Shown piece after piece: positions 48,691-60,100 of a DNA stretch of 64,000 bases (the first letter of the stretch is position 1; each line of letters starts with the position of its first letter). The stretch spans positions 496,001 to 560,000 of the forward strand of contig OZ037837.1 of the NCBI GenBank assembly GCA_964035575.1, in the 5' to 3' direction. The translations under genes were made by a program, and so were the position numbers. The notes below the pieces were generated by a model, which did not search any database, was not told the DNA's origin, and saw only the letters and a list, made by a program, of their open reading frames with translations. The DNA is from Rhynchopus sp. YZ270_cl-10. Lineage: Eukaryota.

Positions 48691-48981
48691 CTAGCAGGAA
48701 AACTCCCCAGGACTTTGACGGACGGAGTTGAAGGTAGAGTGACCAGGCACTGCTGGAAGACCGTGAGAGTCATTTGACACGCAGAGTTCAGTCTCGCTGA
48801 CACGCACCGTTTCCTCCAAAGGCGTGCTGCACCCCGCCACGCACAGACCCATAGCACCCTGGCTAGGATTGCTCATCTCAAGCGCGTCTATCACACGGTT
48901 CTTCAAGCTCAGCACGCTGTCGCCAGATTCAACCGTAACAACACAGGAAACACCTGAGTCGCTGAGGCCGGTTACCTTCAT
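48691..48981 (-). pseudogene. Truncated duplicate of the UBL-WD40 gene (UBL part only)
   Basis: 48781-49055 is nearly identical to 45441-45715. Homology stops after SETELC. Confidence 0.8.
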
Positions 48982-49593
48982 TTTAGGATATGTCGTAGTG
49001 TTAGAATGTGCCACCTGCAGGGAGTGTGGGGTGGGGAGGATAGGGGCGTAGGGGGCGAAGGGGTTCAGGGGTGCAACCTTGTGTAAAATCCTTGACAACT
49101 TGTCTTTTTGCAGACAACAACGCAGTGGTTGTTAGGAAATAATACAATTCGAAAGGAACGGGCTCTTCGGATAGAATAATGGAATAGTGAGAATAATGTG
49201 GAAACAAATACTCACTTTTCTGTTTTGTTAATGTTCTTTGCCTCTCTTCATTGCCCGTTGCTTGTGCTCCCCGACTCCAATTAAGCACTCACAGAGGGGG
49301 CCAAAAAATACACTCAGCGTTTATTAAAGGATGTGTTTCATGAAATCATTTGTGGAGAAGACTTCATGTGGGTTTTACTATTTTTCCTCCCAAACCCTCC
49401 CCAAAACGCCAAAACCCCTTTTTGTGACCCACCCACTCTTTTCTCTCTTCCCACCCATTCTCGCCAGTATCGTCGTCGAACTCTGCACCACTACCCTCTG
49501 CCTCTTGAGGCACACCTCAGCACAGTGCAGAGCAGCCGTGGTGCACCAGGCCGCACAGTGCGAGGGGTGATGATGCAGAACAACAACTGCTGC

Positions 49594-51294
49594 TCAAAAG
49601 TGAACGCTTTCTTGCTTCTCACTTCCGTAAGTGGTCTGGTAGCCCGTTGAGTACAGCATTGCTGCACTTCTCTGCAAGGTCTTCAAAGCTGGGCACTCGT
49701 CGAATAAAGAGCGGCGTCCCTGCCAAGAGCACCCAACCTCGGTGACAGCTTGCAATCCACTCACATCAACTGTCGACAATGATGTGCACCCGTAGAGGAA
49801 CATCATCGCAATATAAGTGACATTTTGTAATCCACTCAGATCAACAGTCGACAATGACGTGCAATTGCCGAGGAAGCACTGCCCAATCGAGGTGACACCT
49901 TGTAATCCGCTCAGATCAACTGTGGTTAATGATGTGCACTCGTTGAGGAAGTCACACCCAATCGAGGTGACACTTTGTAATCCACTCAAATTGAGTGCGG
50001 TCAAAGCTGTGCAGTCACGAAAGAAGTCCTTCCCAATCACAGTCACAGCAGACGCATGACTGAGATCAATGCACGTCACTGCAGTACGCCAGAAAAAGTT
50101 GTCTGGAATCGCAGTCGCAGCTCCTGCCTGGAGGAGCAAGCAAGCCAGCTTCGGATCACTGCGTAGATCAGTCACCTGCTTCAACCTTTTTGATGTAAGT
50201 GTTGTCTCACCCAACGCACAAAGTGCTGCAATGGCATCCTGCTTCCTCCTCTCTGTGTTGGTCAGCGTTACAACAACCCTGTGACCCCTCAGCTGCACCA
50301 CGTCCCCTCCTTCTGCAATCACTTCATCTCTGAAACTAATGTCGAAGCAGCCTTCACGCAACCCCACTGCAGACGCCACCTTCCGAAGCAAGTCCCTGCC
50401 CGTGTCATCCACACTCACATCAATCTTGTGTTCGACTCCATCCAACCCCTGCACAAGTACAGGCACAAAAACCGCCAACATCTGGGCAAGGGCATCGTGC
50501 ACATTACAAATAGGCAGTTTCTGGTAAAACGTTGCGTGTGGGTCTGCAGCACCCACAAGGCGGTGGCGGTCTCCACTCGCTGCCATGCTGTTGATGCTCC
50601 GCACAACGGCCTGCGACTCCGTGACCGCACGCAGCACCTGGTCGTCCCCAAGCTGGCACACCGCCTCGCACTCAGCAATCATGTGTCCTACCTTCGCAAC
50701 AAACGTCTTCAGCGCACACACCTCCCCTTCACGACTGAGTGCCTGTGTGAGGAAGCTCCGTGCCACCTCCTCCTCGCACACGACTTCGCTGCGCGACACA
50801 TCCTCACGCATCACGAGGTGCCCGACGTGTGTCTGCAGGATAAGGTCTTTGTACCTCCCCTCTGTGAGTGGGAGTTCCTCAAGCACACGGCACTTCTCCT
50901 CTGCATCAGTCCTCTGTGCTGTCAGGTCTGCCACGTGTGAGTGGAGGATGTTGCACTGGCGTTTCATGTAGTCCGTGATGTACACTGTCTTGTGTCCCGT
51001 ATGTCCGACGTACGCACAATGCATGCAGATCAACGCGTCTCCACACGCAGGGTCTTCACAGACGAGGGACAGGTCTTGTCCTGGGTGATGTGCACACTTC
51101 GACGACGTCCCGTACGAAGTCACAGAAGCGCGATGTGCCTCACGGTCACGTTTCCTTGGGTGGCAAGCATCGTAGCACGAAGGTGTGTCGCAGAAGTACA
51201 GCTCCTTGCAGTTCCCGCACTGCAGCTGTGCAGGCACGTCACATATCTCACAGCTCGGCATCTGTGGTGCGGTGGGCTGTGTGTCAGACACCAT
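49594..51294 (-). CDS. B-box(x2)/coiled-coil/ubiquitin-like/LRR protein, paralog 3 (C-terminal cap frameshifted)
   Basis: 566-aa ORF with five LRRs. A small deletion at ~49672 shifts the tail relative to the paralogs. Confidence 0.85.
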   Translation of the reverse strand: MVSDTQPTAPQMPSCEICDVPAQLQCGNCKELYFCDTPSCYDACHPRKRDREAHRASVTSYGTSSKCAHHPGQDLSLVCEDPACGDALICMHCAYVGHTGHKTVYITDYMKRQCNILHSHVADLTAQRTDAEEKCRVLEELPLTEGRYKDLILQTHVGHLVMREDVSRSEVVCEEEVARSFLTQALSREGEVCALKTFVAKVGHMIAECEAVCQLGDDQVLRAVTESQAVVRSINSMAASGDRHRLVGAADPHATFYQKLPICNVHDALAQMLAVFVPVLVQGLDGVEHKIDVSVDDTGRDLLRKVASAVGLREGCFDISFRDEVIAEGGDVVQLRGHRVVVTLTNTERRKQDAIAALCALGETTLTSKRLKQVTDLRSDPKLACLLLQAGAATAIPDNFFWRTAVTCIDLSHASAVTVIGKDFFRDCTALTALNLSGLQSVTSIGCDFLNECTSLTTVDLSGLQGVTSIGQCFLGNCTSLSTVDLSGLQNVTYIAMMFLYGCTSLSTVDVSGLQAVTEVGCSWQGRRSLFDECPALKTLQRSAAMLYSTGYQTTYGSEKQESVHF

Positions 51295-51427
51295 GTTGTG
51301 TGTTTCGGAGAGGTGGGAGGGTGCAGGGGTGTCTGGAAGGGGTTGGGTGGGTTGGGGTGGACAAGGAAAAATGGCAAGAATATGAAGTCCTCAACAATAA
51401 GCGGTGGGACAGGGAGGTCCGACAGCT

Positions 51428-51768
51428 GGTCGCCACTGAACGAGCATGCACCAACTTGGAAGTGCTGCAGACTGTGGTGTGGTCGGTGGTGTTGAACATC
51501 TGCATGGCGTGGTGGTGCATCGGTACGTCCCGCACACACTCACACCAAGCTTACCGAAATCGCTCACTTTCTCCACAAGCCGAGCATGCCGCGTGAGGTC
51601 AAACTTAAAGTAGTCACCACCCATACAAGGGAAGCTGCACTGCCAGAAGTGCCAGAACCCTCCAACCTACTTGCCAGTGAAGAACAGCTTCGACAGCATG
51701 GAGTCATGCAGCACACGCACGGCAGGGCTCCAACGCGTCTCCAACCTCTCCAGCAGAACCACTGACGC
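51428..51768 (-). pseudogene. Relic of a UBL-WD40 gene
   Basis: LGVSVCGTY and MHHHAMQMFNTTDHTTVC fragments with stops and frameshifts. Confidence 0.7.
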
Positions 51769-52367
51769 AGTACCCAACCTGGGTAGGGTGCGGACCCTTC
51801 CTACACCTGTGAGCCACTGTGACCACATCGCCACATGGCTACGGGATCCAAATGTGACTACGGAGCGCCCGTAACATACACGCCCCCGACAAGCAGGTGC
51901 AGCTGCAAAAACGCTTCGTGGCGCTGTCTGGTGATCCTGCAGCACGTAGTTGATGTTAGGAAATAATACAATCCAAGAGGAACGGGCTTCATAGGATCGA
52001 ATGATGGAATACTGTGTGGAAATAAATACTCACTATTCTGTTTTGTTAATGTTCCTTGTCTCTCTTCATTGCCCTTTGCTGCTCCCCGACTCCAATTCAA
52101 CACTCAAATAATTCCTGTCTGTAGGTTTTACTATTTTTTCACCCCAAACCCTCCCAAAACGCCAAAACCCCTTTTGTGACCCACCCCTTCTTTTGTCCCT
52201 TCCCACCCATTCTCGCCAGTATCGTCGTCGAACTCTGCACCACTACCCTCTGCCTCTTGAGGCACACCTCAGCACAGTGCAGAGCAGCCGTGGTGCAGCA
52301 GGCCACACAGTGCGAGGGGTGAAGATGCAGAACATCAACTGCTGCAAAGTGAACGCTTTCTTGCTTC

Positions 52368-54119
52368 TCACTTCCGTAAGATTCGTGGGAGATAGTTGAG
52401 TACAACATTACTGCACTTCTCCTTTCCATGCAAGGTCTTCAAAGCTGGGCAGTCGTCGAATAAAGAGCGGCATCCCTGCCAAGAGCACCCAACCTCGGTG
52501 ACAGCTTGCAATCCACTCACATCAACTGTCGTCAATGATGTGCACCCTTTGAGGAACGCATACCCAATGCAGGTGACACCTTGTAATCCACTCAAATCAA
52601 CAGTCGACAATAATGTGCACTCATCGAGAAAGTGGTTCCCAATCGAGGTGACACTTTGGAATGCACTCAGATCAACAGTCGTCAATGATGTACATTCGCT
52701 GAGGAACAAGTTCCCAATCGCGGTGACACCTTGTAATCCACTCAAATCAACTGTGCTTAATGATGTGCACCTGAAGAGGAAGCTACTCCCAATCGAGGTG
52801 ACACCTTGTAATCCACTCAGATTGAGTGTGGTCAAACTTGAGCAGTCACGGAGGAAGATGTTTCCAATCGCAACCAAAGCAGATGCGTAACTGATATCAA
52901 TGCACGTCACTGCAGTACTCGAGAAGAAGTTGTCTGGAATCGCAGTCGCAGCTCCTGCCTGGAGGAGCAAGCAAGCCACCTTCGAATCAGTCACTTGCTT
53001 CAACCTTTTTGGTGTAAGTGTTGTCTCACCCAACGCACGAAGTGCTGCAATGGCATCCTGCTTCCTCCTCTGTGTGTTGGTCTGCGTTACAACAACCCTG
53101 TGACCCCTCAGCTGCACCACGTCCTCTCCTTCTGCAATCATTTCATCTCTGAAAGTGATGTCGAAGCAGCCTTCACGCAACCCCACTGCAGACGCCACCT
53201 TCCGAAGCAAGTCCCTGCCCGTGTCATCCACACTCACCTCAATCTCGTGTTCCGTTCCATCCCACCCCTGCACAAGTACAGGCACAAAAAGCGCAGACAT
53301 CTGGGCAAGGGCATCGTGCACATTACAAATAGGCAACTTCAGAGAAAACGTTGCGTGTGGGTGTGCAGCACCCACAAGGCGGTGGCGGTCTCCACTCGCT
53401 GCCATCGGCATGCTGTTGATGCTCCGCACAACGGCCTGCGACTCTGTGACCGCACGCAGCACCTGGTCGTCCCCAAGCTGGCACACCGCCTCGCACTCAG
53501 CAATCATGTGTCCTGCCTTCGCAACAAACGTCTTCAGTGCACACACCTCCCCTTCACGACTGAGTGCCTGTGTGAGGAAGCTCCGTGCCAACTCCTCCTC
53601 ACACACGACTTCGCTGCGCGACACATCCTCACGCATCACGAGGTGCCCGACGTGTGTCTGCAGGAGAAGGTCTTTGTACCTCCCCTCTGTGTGTGGGAGT
53701 TCCTCAAGCACACGGCACTTCTCCTCTGCGTCAGTCCTCTGTGCTGTCAGGTCTGCCACGTGTGAGTGGAGGATGTTGCACTGGCGTTTCATGTAGTCCG
53801 TGATGTACACTGTCTTGTGTCCCGTATGTCCGACGTACGCACAATGCATGCAGATCAACGCGTCTCCACACGCAGGGTCTTCACAGATGAGGGACAGCTC
53901 TTGGCCTGGGTGATGTGCACACTTCGACGACGTCCCGTACGAAGTCACAGAAGCGCGATGTGCCTCACGGTCACGTTTCCTTGGGTGGCAAGCATCGTAG
54001 CACGCAGGCTTGTCGCAGAAGAACATCTCCTTGCAGATCCCGCACTGCAGCTGTGCAGGCACGTCACATATCTCACATCTCGGCATCTGTGGTGCGGTGG
54101 GCTGTGTGTCAGACACCAT
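52368..54119 (-). CDS. B-box(x2)/coiled-coil/ubiquitin-like/LRR protein, paralog 4
   Basis: Intact ORF from ATG 54119 with six LRRs. Confidence 0.9.
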   Translation of the reverse strand: MVSDTQPTAPQMPRCEICDVPAQLQCGICKEMFFCDKPACYDACHPRKRDREAHRASVTSYGTSSKCAHHPGQELSLICEDPACGDALICMHCAYVGHTGHKTVYITDYMKRQCNILHSHVADLTAQRTDAEEKCRVLEELPHTEGRYKDLLLQTHVGHLVMREDVSRSEVVCEEELARSFLTQALSREGEVCALKTFVAKAGHMIAECEAVCQLGDDQVLRAVTESQAVVRSINSMPMAASGDRHRLVGAAHPHATFSLKLPICNVHDALAQMSALFVPVLVQGWDGTEHEIEVSVDDTGRDLLRKVASAVGLREGCFDITFRDEMIAEGEDVVQLRGHRVVVTQTNTQRRKQDAIAALRALGETTLTPKRLKQVTDSKVACLLLQAGAATAIPDNFFSSTAVTCIDISYASALVAIGNIFLRDCSSLTTLNLSGLQGVTSIGSSFLFRCTSLSTVDLSGLQGVTAIGNLFLSECTSLTTVDLSAFQSVTSIGNHFLDECTLLSTVDLSGLQGVTCIGYAFLKGCTSLTTVDVSGLQAVTEVGCSWQGCRSLFDDCPALKTLHGKEKCSNVVLNYLPRILRK

Positions 54120-54929
54120 GTTGTGTGTTTCGAAGAGGTGGGAGGGTGCAGGGGTGTCTGGAAGGGGTTGGGTGGGTTGGGGTGAGCAAGGAAAAGGGGA
54201 ATCTGGCCCGAAAATGTGAGGAAAACTGTTTGTAGGTCGGTTTTGACCCATTTTTCGGTCCCAGGAGCGCTGAGACGTCCAAAAAAAAAAGTTTCCCATG
54301 ATTGACTCTCATCCTTGGAGCCGAACACATAAAATAATACCAAACACATCATGGACCGTCATCCCGAGAAGCCAGGAGGCCAAATGTACTGTTGCCGACA
54401 TGATCGAAATGGACACAGAAATATAGAAGCCTCAAGGCTGAGAGGAAACAGAAGAAAGCGCTCACTCCAAGAGTACCGGCACCACCTTCTGCGGAAGCAC
54501 TCCATGTGCTGGGATGCCCAAGGTAAGGAGTATGGCGGATGGGCTCAGGGGCTGGCGATACTGCATGAAATGCTGCCACACCACCCAGACATGAGCAAGG
54601 GTAAACCCAGATCACCTCCCATCCCAGCCAAAAACGGACCTTTCTGCAGACGAAAGCTCCGAAACGTCGTTGCACCAGCAACGAGGACGAGCAGATGACG
54701 GACACGGAAATAGATACAGACCTAAACACCTTATACATATACTCGTGAGGAGTATCAGCGTGCCGTCAGGAACAAGACAACACATGGGAAGACTCACAAC
54801 ATCCGCTTTTATAGCAGCAATGGGAGGTTATCCCCCCGGGTGCATTGCTTCTCTTCATATTGTAATACCAGCAGGTGTGTGCCAGGAGAAGGATGGGTTT
54901 GTGCTGCATTAGAAAGGTTGTGCTGCTTT

Positions 54930-55110
54930 TATTTACTTCCTTCAAAACTTCACACAACAATGCTTTTGGTTTTTGAAGTGCCAGGTTCTACGCTATGCAC
55001 GGAACCACCCTGCACCTGTTTGCATCACCTGGAGAAACGTTGCGTGTCCTGATGTCGAAACTAGGGAAAGCTTTCTGATAAAAATAAGCGAACACAAAAA
55101 CCAGCGCGTG
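54930..55110 (+). repeat. Interspersed repeat family A, copy 4 (diverged)
   Basis: TTCCTTCAAAACTTCACACA...GTGCCAGGTTCTA...GCACGGAACCACCCTGCACCTGTTTG...AAAAACCAGCGCGTGT. Confidence 0.8.
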
Positions 55111-55564
55111 TTGAAGTAAACAGGATAGGGGGGCTCCCTAAAAAGGAGTATTTTGGATAAAAAGGTTCAAAAAGCGCGGGGTTTCTGGGTCAAAAAAGAG
55201 GGGAAAAAGAGTGAGGGGAGTTGGGTCCAGTCATAGGGGGTATATTTTTTGGAAAATTCTTCAAAAAAACGACGATTTTTGCTGGGCACAATGCAAATTT
55301 CAGAAAAATCCCAATTTTCGACTGGTTGAGCAAAGTATGGCCCACCCACCCCGATTTTGTGTCAAAAACAGACTTCAGAATGTTTCTAGAAAGTATTACC
55401 CTTATCAGAGGGCGCAGTGTCCGACAAGGGTCACAGCCAGAACGCGATTTAATTGGGGTCAAACGCCGAAGGAAAAGGAAGCATGCAGTATGGCGAGAGA
55501 AAGCGGGTGACTGCCCTCACTATTTCACCGCATCTGCTAGGTAGGCCCCTCCAAATCGCCGCCG

Positions 55565-56749
55565 TCACTGCGTTGGTGAGCCTTCCAGCGGTGGTGGACA
55601 GAGGCTCGTACGTGCTTCAACCTTTCTGGTGTAAATGTCGTTGCTGTAAGTAGTCAAATTCCGATGGCTGTCAAACATCTGCTGTTGAAGTTGCTGTTGC
55701 ATCTGTGGACTGCGCTGTGGAATCTGATGCTGAAGCTGCTGTTGAAGTTGTTGTTGATTCTGCTGTTGAAGCTGCTGTGGAATCTGCTGTTGCATCTGTG
55801 GACTGTGCTGTGGAAGCTTCTGTTGAAGCAGCTGTCGAAGTTGCTGTTGTTTCTGCTGTTGAAGCCGCTGTGGGATGTCCTGTGGAATCTGCAGTGGATG
55901 CTGCTGTGTACTCACCCGCATAACAAACACTGACTTCTGGGCAAGGGCATCATGCACGTTCGAAATAGGCAGCTTCAGGGAAAACGTTGCGTGTGGGTCT
56001 GCAGCACCCACAAGGCGGTGGCGGTCTCCACTCGCTGCCATGCTGTTGATGTTCCGCACAACGGCCTGCGACTCTGTGACCGCACGCAGCACCTGGTCGT
56101 CCCCAAGCTGGCACACCGCCTCGCACTCAGCAATCATGTGTCCTGCCTTCGCAACAAACGTCTTCAGCGCACACACCTCCCCTTCACGACTGAGTGCCTG
56201 TGTGAGGAAGCTCCGTGCCACCTCCTCCTCACACACGACTTCGCTGCGCGACACATCCTCACGCATCACGAGGTGCTCGACGTGTGTCTGCAGGAGAAGG
56301 TCTTTGTACCTGTCCTCTGTGTGTGGGAGTTCCTCAAGCACACGGCACTTCTTCTTTGCATCAGTCCGCTGTGCTGTCAGGTCTGCCACATGTGAGTGGA
56401 GGATGTCACGCTGGCGTTTCATGTAGTCCGTGATATACACTGTCTTGTGTCCCGTATGTCCGACGTACGCACAATGCATGCAGATCAACGCGTCTCCACA
56501 CGCAGGGTCTTCACAGACGAGGGACAGCTCTAGGCCTGGGTGATGTGCACACTTCGACGACGTCCCGTACGCAGTCACAGAAGCACGATGTGCCTCACGG
56601 TCACGTTTCCTTGGGTGGCAAGCATCGTAGCACGCAGGCTTGTCGCAGAAGAACATCTCCTTGCAGATCCCGCACTGCAGCTGTGCAGGCTTGTCACATA
56701 TCTCACAGCTCGGCATCTGTGGTGCGGTGGGCTGCGTGTCAGACCCCAT
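55565..56749 (-). CDS. B-box(x2)/coiled-coil protein, paralog 5, with a glutamine-rich tail replacing UBL/LRR
   Basis: N-terminal ~275 aa are highly similar to paralog 4, followed by ~80 aa of Q-rich repeats. Confidence 0.75.
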   Translation of the reverse strand: MGSDTQPTAPQMPSCEICDKPAQLQCGICKEMFFCDKPACYDACHPRKRDREAHRASVTAYGTSSKCAHHPGLELSLVCEDPACGDALICMHCAYVGHTGHKTVYITDYMKRQRDILHSHVADLTAQRTDAKKKCRVLEELPHTEDRYKDLLLQTHVEHLVMREDVSRSEVVCEEEVARSFLTQALSREGEVCALKTFVAKAGHMIAECEAVCQLGDDQVLRAVTESQAVVRNINSMAASGDRHRLVGAADPHATFSLKLPISNVHDALAQKSVFVMRVSTQQHPLQIPQDIPQRLQQQKQQQLRQLLQQKLPQHSPQMQQQIPQQLQQQNQQQLQQQLQHQIPQRSPQMQQQLQQQMFDSHRNLTTYSNDIYTRKVEARTSLCPPPLEGSPTQ

Positions 56750-58243
56750 GTTGTGTGTTTCGAAGAGGTGGGAGGGTGCAGGGGTGTCTGGAAGGGGTTG
56801 GGTGGGTTGGGGTGAGCAAGGAAAAGGGGAATCTGGCCCGAAAATGTGAGGAAAACTGTTTGTAGGTCGGTTTTGACCCATTTTTCGGCCCAGGAAGCGC
56901 TGAGACGTCCAAATTAAAATTTTCCCACGATTGGCTCTCACCCTTGGAGCCAAACACATAAAATAATACCAAACATATCATGGAACGTCATCCCGAGAAG
57001 CCAGGAGGCCAAATGTACTGTTGCCGACATGATCGAAATGGACACAGAAATATACAAGCCTCAAGGCTGAGAGGAAACAGAAGAAAGCGCTCACTCCAAG
57101 AGTACCGGCACCACCTTCTGCGGAAGCACTCCATGTACTGGGATGCCCAAGGTAAGGAGTATGGCGGATGGGCTCAGGGGTTGGCGATACTGCATGAAAT
57201 GCTGCCACACCACCCAGACATGAGCAAGGGTAAACCCAGATCACCTCCCATCCCAGCCAAAAATGGACCTTTCTAGAGACGAAAGCTCCGAAACTTCAGA
57301 AGACAAAAAAATTGGTATAAGAACCACAAAGAACGACTTATCCGAAACGCGGTTGCACCAGCAACGAGGACGAGCAGATGACGGACACGGAAATAGATAC
57401 ACACCCAACCACCTTGTACATACATTCGTAATGAGTATCAGCGTGCCATCAGGAACAAGACAACACATGGGAAGACTAAATGTCAAGGGATAAAAATACG
57501 CCAACGTTCGTCCGCAACACTGTCAAGCTCCACGGGGCGTACGTACCTACGCATCTATCCCAAGACTGCTGCACTCTTGTCTCTGTTTTGCTCACCTTTC
57601 TTCTTTTTGTGCACCCCCCACCCAACCCATCACCCTCGACACAACCCTTAATGCGCGGAGCGAGCTGTCCGAGGGTGACTCAAACGGGTCAGAGTCGTCC
57701 GAGGGGAGCATGTGGAAAGTATGCCTAGTCCCTGCGTAGCTAGGGGTATACTGCTAAAGAAGAGGTCAAAAAAATCGCTTCGCTTTCTTTTTCGCAGGTT
57801 TATTGTAACATAGGGGCAAGAGGGTGGGAGGGAGGGAGGGAGATACAAATGTGAAGCTAGCTTCAACGTCAATGTTTTTTTTCTTTTCTTTTTTTTTTTT
57901 GGGGGGGGGGCTCGGAATAGGATCTCATCAGGAGGAGAAAAGACGTATATTTTATGACCACGCAGGGCCGTATGGGGGATAGGTCCTGTGGCCACAACAA
58001 ATAAACACAAAAAAGATTGGGTCTTTTGTCTGTGCGCTCAAAGCCGGGAAACAAAAAGGTGAAAATAAAAAATTGTGTTCAACTGAAGTACGGTTGTGGT
58101 TAATTGAGTACTCAAAGAAAACAAGCAAGGTTCTGTCTTTTTCAATCCGTTTTGTTTGCCCGCAGCGCTGCCTCAATATTGTTAGAATTGACAACAAGTT
58201 GTGTTATCAAAAAAAAGTGGCGAGTTTTTCTTCATCCCTTTTA

Positions 58244-58570
58244 CTGGGGGGGGGCGAATAGAAGACCCCCCCCTTGTATTCACCATGTCAGCGCTTTTTT
58301 TAGGGGGGTTTTCAAACATAAAATTATTCGATAAATATTTTATGGTCCGTTGAATACAAGACCCTTTTAGGATTTAGCATAGCGTAAAAAATTAATTTTG
58401 TTACAGTATGCTAAATACAAGACCCTACTAGGGTCTAGTATGCTACACGCAAGCCCACTAGGGTCTTCTATTCTAAAATATATTTTATGAAAACGGCCAA
58501 AAAAAAAGGGGTCTTCTATTCGGCGGGGTCTTGTATTCGGCAGGGGTCTTCTATTCGCCCCCCCCCCCAG
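58244..58570. mobile_element. Tc1/mariner-type MITE
   Basis: TIR CTG(G)nCGAATAGAAGACCCC with TA flanks. Internal GGGTCTTCTATTC repeats. Confidence 0.85.
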
Positions 58571-58741
58571 TAACAAACCACAGTTGCTATATTTTTCTAT
58601 TTTGTTTGATGCTATTTTTTCTTCTTCTTCTTTCAAAAAACGGCAAAACGGCCCATCTCAAACACGCCATTTTTTCATTTTTACCCTTTTCTTTTTTCCT
58701 TTTTTTCCCCTTCAATTTAGTGCTTTTCCCCCTTCCTTTCT

Positions 58742-59566
58742 TTATGTAAACTTCGGCGATCTTCTGCTCAGTTCGTTTAGAGGATTCGCAGACGGATTTT
58801 TTGGGATAGCCGGCGGCGACCCAGCAAAACGCCTATTCCCGTCTGGACTATAGGAAGGGGCGAGCTCGAACCCTTCGTTGTGCCCTACTGGGGTGGGGGG
58901 CTGGAGCGAGGCTTCGTACACCGACGCATCTCTTGCCGCGAGGATGGCGCTGCGCATATCCGTAGGCTGCGACACCTCGACCTGCACAGTGGTCTCTCTC
59001 TTAGCATGAATCGAGTGTAACACACTGTACAGCACCTCCGTGTTTGGCACACGGTACCCATCTATGGACTCCACTATCATCCCCAACGTCATCCCCGCCA
59101 GCTCCCCGGGGCCCCCTTCGCGCATGTTTGTTACAATCATTTTCGCATCTGGTGTATTCTGGCCAAGAACGATACCGAGGTCGTCGCCAGGGTGTTTCAA
59201 ACGTAGTGTGTAGGTGACAGGCATGGGGCCAGAGATGAGGCAGTCTGCTTCGTAGTGGCCACGACTGCCGCATCGGCGGCAAAGAGGAGAAGGGCATTGG
59301 GTTGCGCTGTGGCCGATCCCACCACAGACACTGCAGCCCAGCGTTTGTCTTCTTCTGCAAGCAGTGCATATAGCCGGGGATTGGCAGTCTGCTGCAGTAT
59401 GGCCACGTCCACTGCAGTTCAGACATACTCCTTCATACCCACGCCGTGTGTCCGACACCGTCGCAGGCCATGACCCCATTGTAACATACTCACCGCAGAC
59501 ACAACAGCTGGTCTGGTGCTTTCTGCTTCGATTCAGCAGGCTTGAGCTGTTTCGGGTGCCCCACAT
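58742..59566 (-). CDS. CCHC zinc-knuckle (x3) + PDZ-like domain protein
   Basis: Knuckles CLNCSGRGHTAADC, CSVCGGIGHSATQC and CRRCGSRGHYEADC. PDZ-like DLGIVL...VTNMREGGPGELAGMTLGMIVESIDG. Confidence 0.85.
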   Translation of the reverse strand: MWGTRNSSSLLNRSRKHQTSCCVCGEYVTMGSWPATVSDTRRGYEGVCLNCSGRGHTAADCQSPAICTACRRRQTLGCSVCGGIGHSATQCPSPLCRRCGSRGHYEADCLISGPMPVTYTLRLKHPGDDLGIVLGQNTPDAKMIVTNMREGGPGELAGMTLGMIVESIDGYRVPNTEVLYSVLHSIHAKRETTVQVEVSQPTDMRSAILAARDASVYEASLQPPTPVGHNEGFELAPSYSPDGNRRFAGSPPAIPKNPSANPLNELSRRSPKFT

Positions 59567-60100
59567 TATGAAGTAAATTTACTTCACAAATTGAACCCTT
59601 TTTTGGGGAGGTAAGGTGGGGTGAGTGGGGTGAGGGGTGGGGAGGAGATAGAAGGAGTAAAAGTGGTCGTTGTTTTTAGAAATGCAAATCTTAACGTACA
59701 CTCTCTGTTGATTCTAAAACGGGGGAGGGTAAAAAAGCGCGAAAGGTAAATTGGGGAAGAGGTTGAAAAGTTGGAACGCTTCCTCACCCCAGATCACACT
59801 TTTTTTTCGAAAAAATAAATATAACTCCTCTCGAAATTGTTCAAGATTGAACTGAGAGAAAGAAGAAACCCCAAACCCTCCCAGACCAAACGGTCTAACC
59901 TGTTGTATTGACATAGTGTGGGGAGAATGAGGAGCACAAGAATCGTCTTCGCGCATACTAAAAGATTTCCTACGATATGTCACAAGTGTCATGTCACCGA
60001 AAAAAAAATATTGTTACGCATCCACTCGTTTGGATAAAGAAAACCAGAGACGAAAGGGGGTTTGGGGGGGAGAGTTTAATTCTTGAACGCATCCCCACAC

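Noticed and set aside
46998..53796. Long plus-strand ORFs antisense to the B-box-LRR genes
   Set aside because: Shadow ORFs repeated because the sense genes are duplicated.
54349..54790. Plus-strand ORF MDRHPEKPGG (duplicate at 56980)
   Set aside because: No recognisable domain, and the two copies differ by indels. It is part of a duplicated upstream flank.
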